Source: a virus
Taxonomy: Duplodnaviria; Caudoviricetes
Length of the DNA: 48,205 nt
IMG/VR virus record: IMGVR_UViG_3300043179_000050
Location: 1 to 48,205 of that record
Strand: one strand, 5' to 3'
The notes beneath the pieces are model-generated. The model searched no databases. It had not been told where the DNA came from and saw only the letters and a list, made by a program, of their open reading frames with translations. Position 1 is the first letter of the stretch; each line of letters starts with the position of its first letter. The position numbers were made by a program, and so were the translations under genes. Positions 44,995 through 48,205 of this stretch are shown piece after piece.

Positions 44995-46578
44995 TTACTC
45001 CCTCAGAATGAACACCAGCTCCGGATCGTAGCGAGCCGTGTCCTGCCCAATCGCGTTTTTAGCGTTCACACGGCACCCGAAATAGATCACCACGTGTCGG
45101 ACGCGCAGCGGTACAGTTTCCTGCCGGTCCCACGCCTCATAGTTCCCTGGCACCTCTTTGTGCAGCGACCGCTGGTAGACTCGCACGCCAGCCGCCGTGT
45201 CTACGTAAAGATCCGCCTCAACGATGTCACCGCGGTCGAGCCCTAAGAAGGTTCGGATCTCAACGAGAGAATAGGCGGCACCGAAGTCCACTTCGGCCCT
45301 GCGCGCAAATACGAAATCCTCCGAACCACCACGCACGGTCACCAGGTTTTCGGTCAGATCGACCGTGATGTTCACCAGCCGGTTCTCGGGATCCCGGGTT
45401 ACGGTCACCTTCACCTTGTCGTCCGCAGGCGGAGGGGGCGGCGGGGGAGACGGTGGCGGGGGTGGAGGCGGGGGCGCCCCACCACCAAACTCCTCCCGCA
45501 GCCACTTTTCGAGGATGGTCTCCGGCCGGTCAGGGTCGGAAGCCATACCCTCAAAGTCATGAACACAGAACCCGTACCCGCGGTCCAGGCTGTTCAACAT
45601 GAACTCTCGGTACTTGCTCAGATCGCTGGTGCTGGAGCCCGGACTAAACCAGCCTCGACCCACCGTCGAGTCCCAATCCTTCGGGTCGATAAAGTGCTTC
45701 GACTCGTTGAAGTAGATCGGCAGGTTCTTCCGCCGGCTCAGCTCTTCGATTTCGTCAAACCGCCCGTCAAGCAACCACCATTGACCGCTCCTTGAGGGGT
45801 GCACCACAACCGCGTCGGAGCCGTGGGCGAAGTCTACACTGTACTCAACGTTGTCTCGGCCACCGTGACTCACCCACACGAGGCCCTCCGGCCACTGCTC
45901 GGCGACCCAGTCGGGACCAGGCGAGAAATGCCCAAACCGGGACGGCTCGCCCTCTTTTCTCCAGCGCTTGTGGCGCTTCAGCCTGGCATCAACCCGCGCG
46001 ACATCCAGCTCTTCGTCGTAATGAGCATCGAATTCGTTGGTGAGCTCCACCACAAGATTCAAGCGCCCGTTGACGAGATAGAGATCACGACAGTAAGCCG
46101 AAGTGACTCGGAAACAGTGATCAATGGCGTCCTGGTCCTTCATGCCCTTCAGCGTCGCATCGATGACACCCTCGACCACCAAATCGAACTCTGCGGCCAA
46201 CTTGAGCGTCACCCCAATCATCTCCCGGTTCAGTTTCGGCAACTCCAGAGGCTTCTGGCCCCGCGCCAGCTCCTCATAGTTCCATTCGGCTGGATTCCAC
46301 GGATACACCCCGAAAAAGGGATGGTCCCCAGGCTCCACCGGCGCCTTGGGCGCCCAATCCTTCGTTTCCCAAAACACCCGCACGGCATGGAACCCCTGCC
46401 GCCTAACCCTCTCAAGCCAGCGCCTGGCCTTGTCATACGGGTTGTCTCCGTGCGGCGACCCTTTCAAGTACTCATAGATCCACGAAGGCAACTTAAAGCT
46501 GGTCCGACATCGAAACGGCGACTTCCGCCCGTCCAAAGTGAACGACCGTCCCTCGACAAACGGCTGAACGATGGCCAT
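44995..46578 (-). CDS. clan GH-A (TIM-barrel) glycoside-hydrolase-like protein + poly-Pro linker + beta domain
   Basis: Start MAIVQP (GGGAGG RBS); 'GF..VRVF', 'ELTNE' (acid/base), 'PIYFNES' (nucleophile); PPPPPPPPSPPPPPPP linker. Confidence 0.6.
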   Translation of the reverse strand: MAIVQPFVEGRSFTLDGRKSPFRCRTSFKLPSWIYEYLKGSPHGDNPYDKARRWLERVRRQGFHAVRVFWETKDWAPKAPVEPGDHPFFGVYPWNPAEWNYEELARGQKPLELPKLNREMIGVTLKLAAEFDLVVEGVIDATLKGMKDQDAIDHCFRVTSAYCRDLYLVNGRLNLVVELTNEFDAHYDEELDVARVDARLKRHKRWRKEGEPSRFGHFSPGPDWVAEQWPEGLVWVSHGGRDNVEYSVDFAHGSDAVVVHPSRSGQWWLLDGRFDEIEELSRRKNLPIYFNESKHFIDPKDWDSTVGRGWFSPGSSTSDLSKYREFMLNSLDRGYGFCVHDFEGMASDPDRPETILEKWLREEFGGGAPPPPPPPPSPPPPPPPADDKVKVTVTRDPENRLVNITVDLTENLVTVRGGSEDFVFARRAEVDFGAAYSLVEIRTFLGLDRGDIVEADLYVDTAAGVRVYQRSLHKEVPGNYEAWDRQETVPLRVRHVVIYFGCRVNAKNAIGQDTARYDPELVFILRE

Positions 46579-46588
46579 GATTTCCTCC

Positions 46589-48205
46589 CTACTTGCTCTC
46601 GGGCGGTCTGCCCGTATCCAAAATCTCAAACTTCAAGCCGTTGAACTTGAATGAAGACAAACCATTATACTCCACGCCAACAGAAACGGTCGTGGCCAGA
46701 TCCTTGGCGTTTGAAAGGCCGAGGCGCTTCCACGGCCGCTTGTTCCCCAAGTACAAGGTTTTGCTCTTGAACGGGGTTTCAGACTCGTCGCGGTAGAGCC
46801 GGAACGTAGCGTTTTCCGGAATCAAGGGAATCAGCGCAGACAATTTGCGCATGGCCTTGAGCGTCGCGTGCTCGGCGAAACCAAACTCCTTGCTTCGCCA
46901 CTTACACGTAATCGGCTCACCGTTATCCGTGTTGCCACTTTCGAGCTCGTACAGATGTCCGTCGGTGAACACCGCATAGATTGCCCGCTCCAGGTCCGAT
47001 CCGAACACCTCGTCTGCGTAATAAGCAGACGCCAGGGTACCACGCTTAAACACATCCCATCCCTGCGACCTGAAGTTGTAGACCAGCTCCTTCCCGGAGG
47101 GCAGCGACAAAACGTACCAGCCAATCCGCGGCACAATCCAGCCGATGGCCCGATAGCGGTCTGCAACAGGCTCGGCCTCAAGGATCTTGCGAATCTTGGG
47201 GATCCCGATACCGCGGACAGACTGCCCGTCCGTCATGATAACATCCTCGCCCTCATACCAGAACGCCAGGCCCTCGACCGTTTTCATCGAATAACCCGAC
47301 GCGCACCCATGCTTGTCCGAAAGCGTTCTCAACGCAAAGTCACTCTCGTCGGTCCCGATGATGTAGTGGACCTGGTTCGTTTTCCCGATAAGCATTCGCT
47401 CGCCGTAAGCCAACATCCCGCGAATGGCATGCCCGTCGTCCGCAAATACGCTGATGCGAAACTCAGAATCAAAGCTCTCCGGGAATCCGGTCCGAGACGG
47501 GTAAACATCACGCCCATCGGTCGCAAACAGATGCTCTTTGAACAGCTCCAGAAAGATGACCGAGCTGGGCGGCAATCCGTTGCTGGTGCTCGCCGAGCGC
47601 CCAAGCGCCGTGTCCACAATGTTGCTTGTGAAGGTCGTCGAGAAGTTGTCGGTTATCTCGCTATCGAAAAGGTACTCACCAGAGCTTCCCTTTAGCGTCC
47701 GGAAGAGTCGCCGGCCGTTCACCTGCGGGTTCGGGGATACCGGGACCGCACTGTAGTTGATCTTCTTGTTGGCCCCCAGGGTGAGCTTGTTCGACACCGG
47801 CCCGAAGTCGCTCTCGGCCCCGGTTGTCCGGTTCACAAACTGCACAACGGCCTGGTAGACGCCTGCCTCTATGTCGCCAGAGGCTCCCTCAGAGATCGCG
47901 CAGGCCGTGGTAGGCGCCGCGATACCGGCGGGGCCCACAGTCTGACCATCACATCGCAGCAGGCCACCGCTCCCCTGCCGCCCGAAGTAGGCCACGTTCT
48001 TGTATTGCTTGGCGCTCCACGGAGAAGGATTGGAAGTGAATAGAGCACCGGTGACGTGCGGAATCTGCGTCACAATGTTTCCGTCCAGAAAAAACATCCT
48101 GGTCAGCCCAGGAAGCAGAAGCTGCCAAACCCCGAACGAGGTTTTGTAGGCGAAAATTCCGGTGAGTTGCTCCGGAGCGGCCGTCGAGGTCAGCCTTTTG
48201 GTTCC
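46589..48205 (-). CDS. tail nozzle / DNA-stabilisation protein (P22 gp10 / T7 gp12-like), 5' truncated
   Basis: Frame open to the window end; beta-propeller-like 'S..G.PESF', 'GC.S..S', 'W.SK.F' motifs. Confidence 0.75.
   Translation of the reverse strand, partial: GTKRLTSTAAPEQLTGIFAYKTSFGVWQLLLPGLTRMFFLDGNIVTQIPHVTGALFTSNPSPWSAKQYKNVAYFGRQGSGGLLRCDGQTVGPAGIAAPTTACAISEGASGDIEAGVYQAVVQFVNRTTGAESDFGPVSNKLTLGANKKINYSAVPVSPNPQVNGRRLFRTLKGSSGEYLFDSEITDNFSTTFTSNIVDTALGRSASTSNGLPPSSVIFLELFKEHLFATDGRDVYPSRTGFPESFDSEFRISVFADDGHAIRGMLAYGERMLIGKTNQVHYIIGTDESDFALRTLSDKHGCASGYSMKTVEGLAFWYEGEDVIMTDGQSVRGIGIPKIRKILEAEPVADRYRAIGWIVPRIGWYVLSLPSGKELVYNFRSQGWDVFKRGTLASAYYADEVFGSDLERAIYAVFTDGHLYELESGNTDNGEPITCKWRSKEFGFAEHATLKAMRKLSALIPLIPENATFRLYRDESETPFKSKTLYLGNKRPWKRLGLSNAKDLATTVSVGVEYNGLSSFKFNGLKFEILDTGRPPESK

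Noticed and set aside
1-48205. Integrated prophage with att sites or host flanks
   Set aside because: No integrase or host housekeeping genes; both ends fall in phage structural genes, consistent with a permuted phage contig

Overview
A near-complete, circularly permuted, GC-rich tailed dsDNA phage genome with podovirus-like architecture. It has no tape measure or sheath gene. It encodes a SU10/DUF5309-like major capsid, a scaffold, a P22/SU10-like portal, a tail nozzle and a set of large internal (ejection) proteins. Both window ends cut through minus-strand structural genes. Almost all genes are on the minus strand, except one plus-strand operon of small accessory genes (about 8959-12982) that starts at a divergent sigma70-like promoter pair flanking a palindrome-rich non-coding region (about 8355-8907), possibly the physical genome end. 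The replication genes are a primase-like protein, a RecA/SF4 helicase, a Cas4-like nuclease, a resolvase, an SSB-like protein, a SNF2/HARP helicase and a Dam-like methylase. I recognise no DNA or RNA polymerase, integrase or repressor. The most notable observations are: a type II pseudoknotted hammerhead ribozyme (10943-11019) in the plus-strand operon; a 2.4-kb four-gene cassette (SAA-like, NDT, dNTP diphosphohydrolase, DHH) bracketed by 61-bp direct repeats; a terminase split into ATPase and nuclease ORFs around an intervening gene; a degenerate tRNA(CAU); two paralogous exported HExxH mini-proteases; a signal-peptide protein directly behind the capsid gene; a clan GH-A-like glycosidase in the tail module; and an ART-like domain in the giant ejection protein. 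All family calls come from motif recognition by eye, not database searches, and many start codons were re-picked using RBS position and stop/start overlaps.
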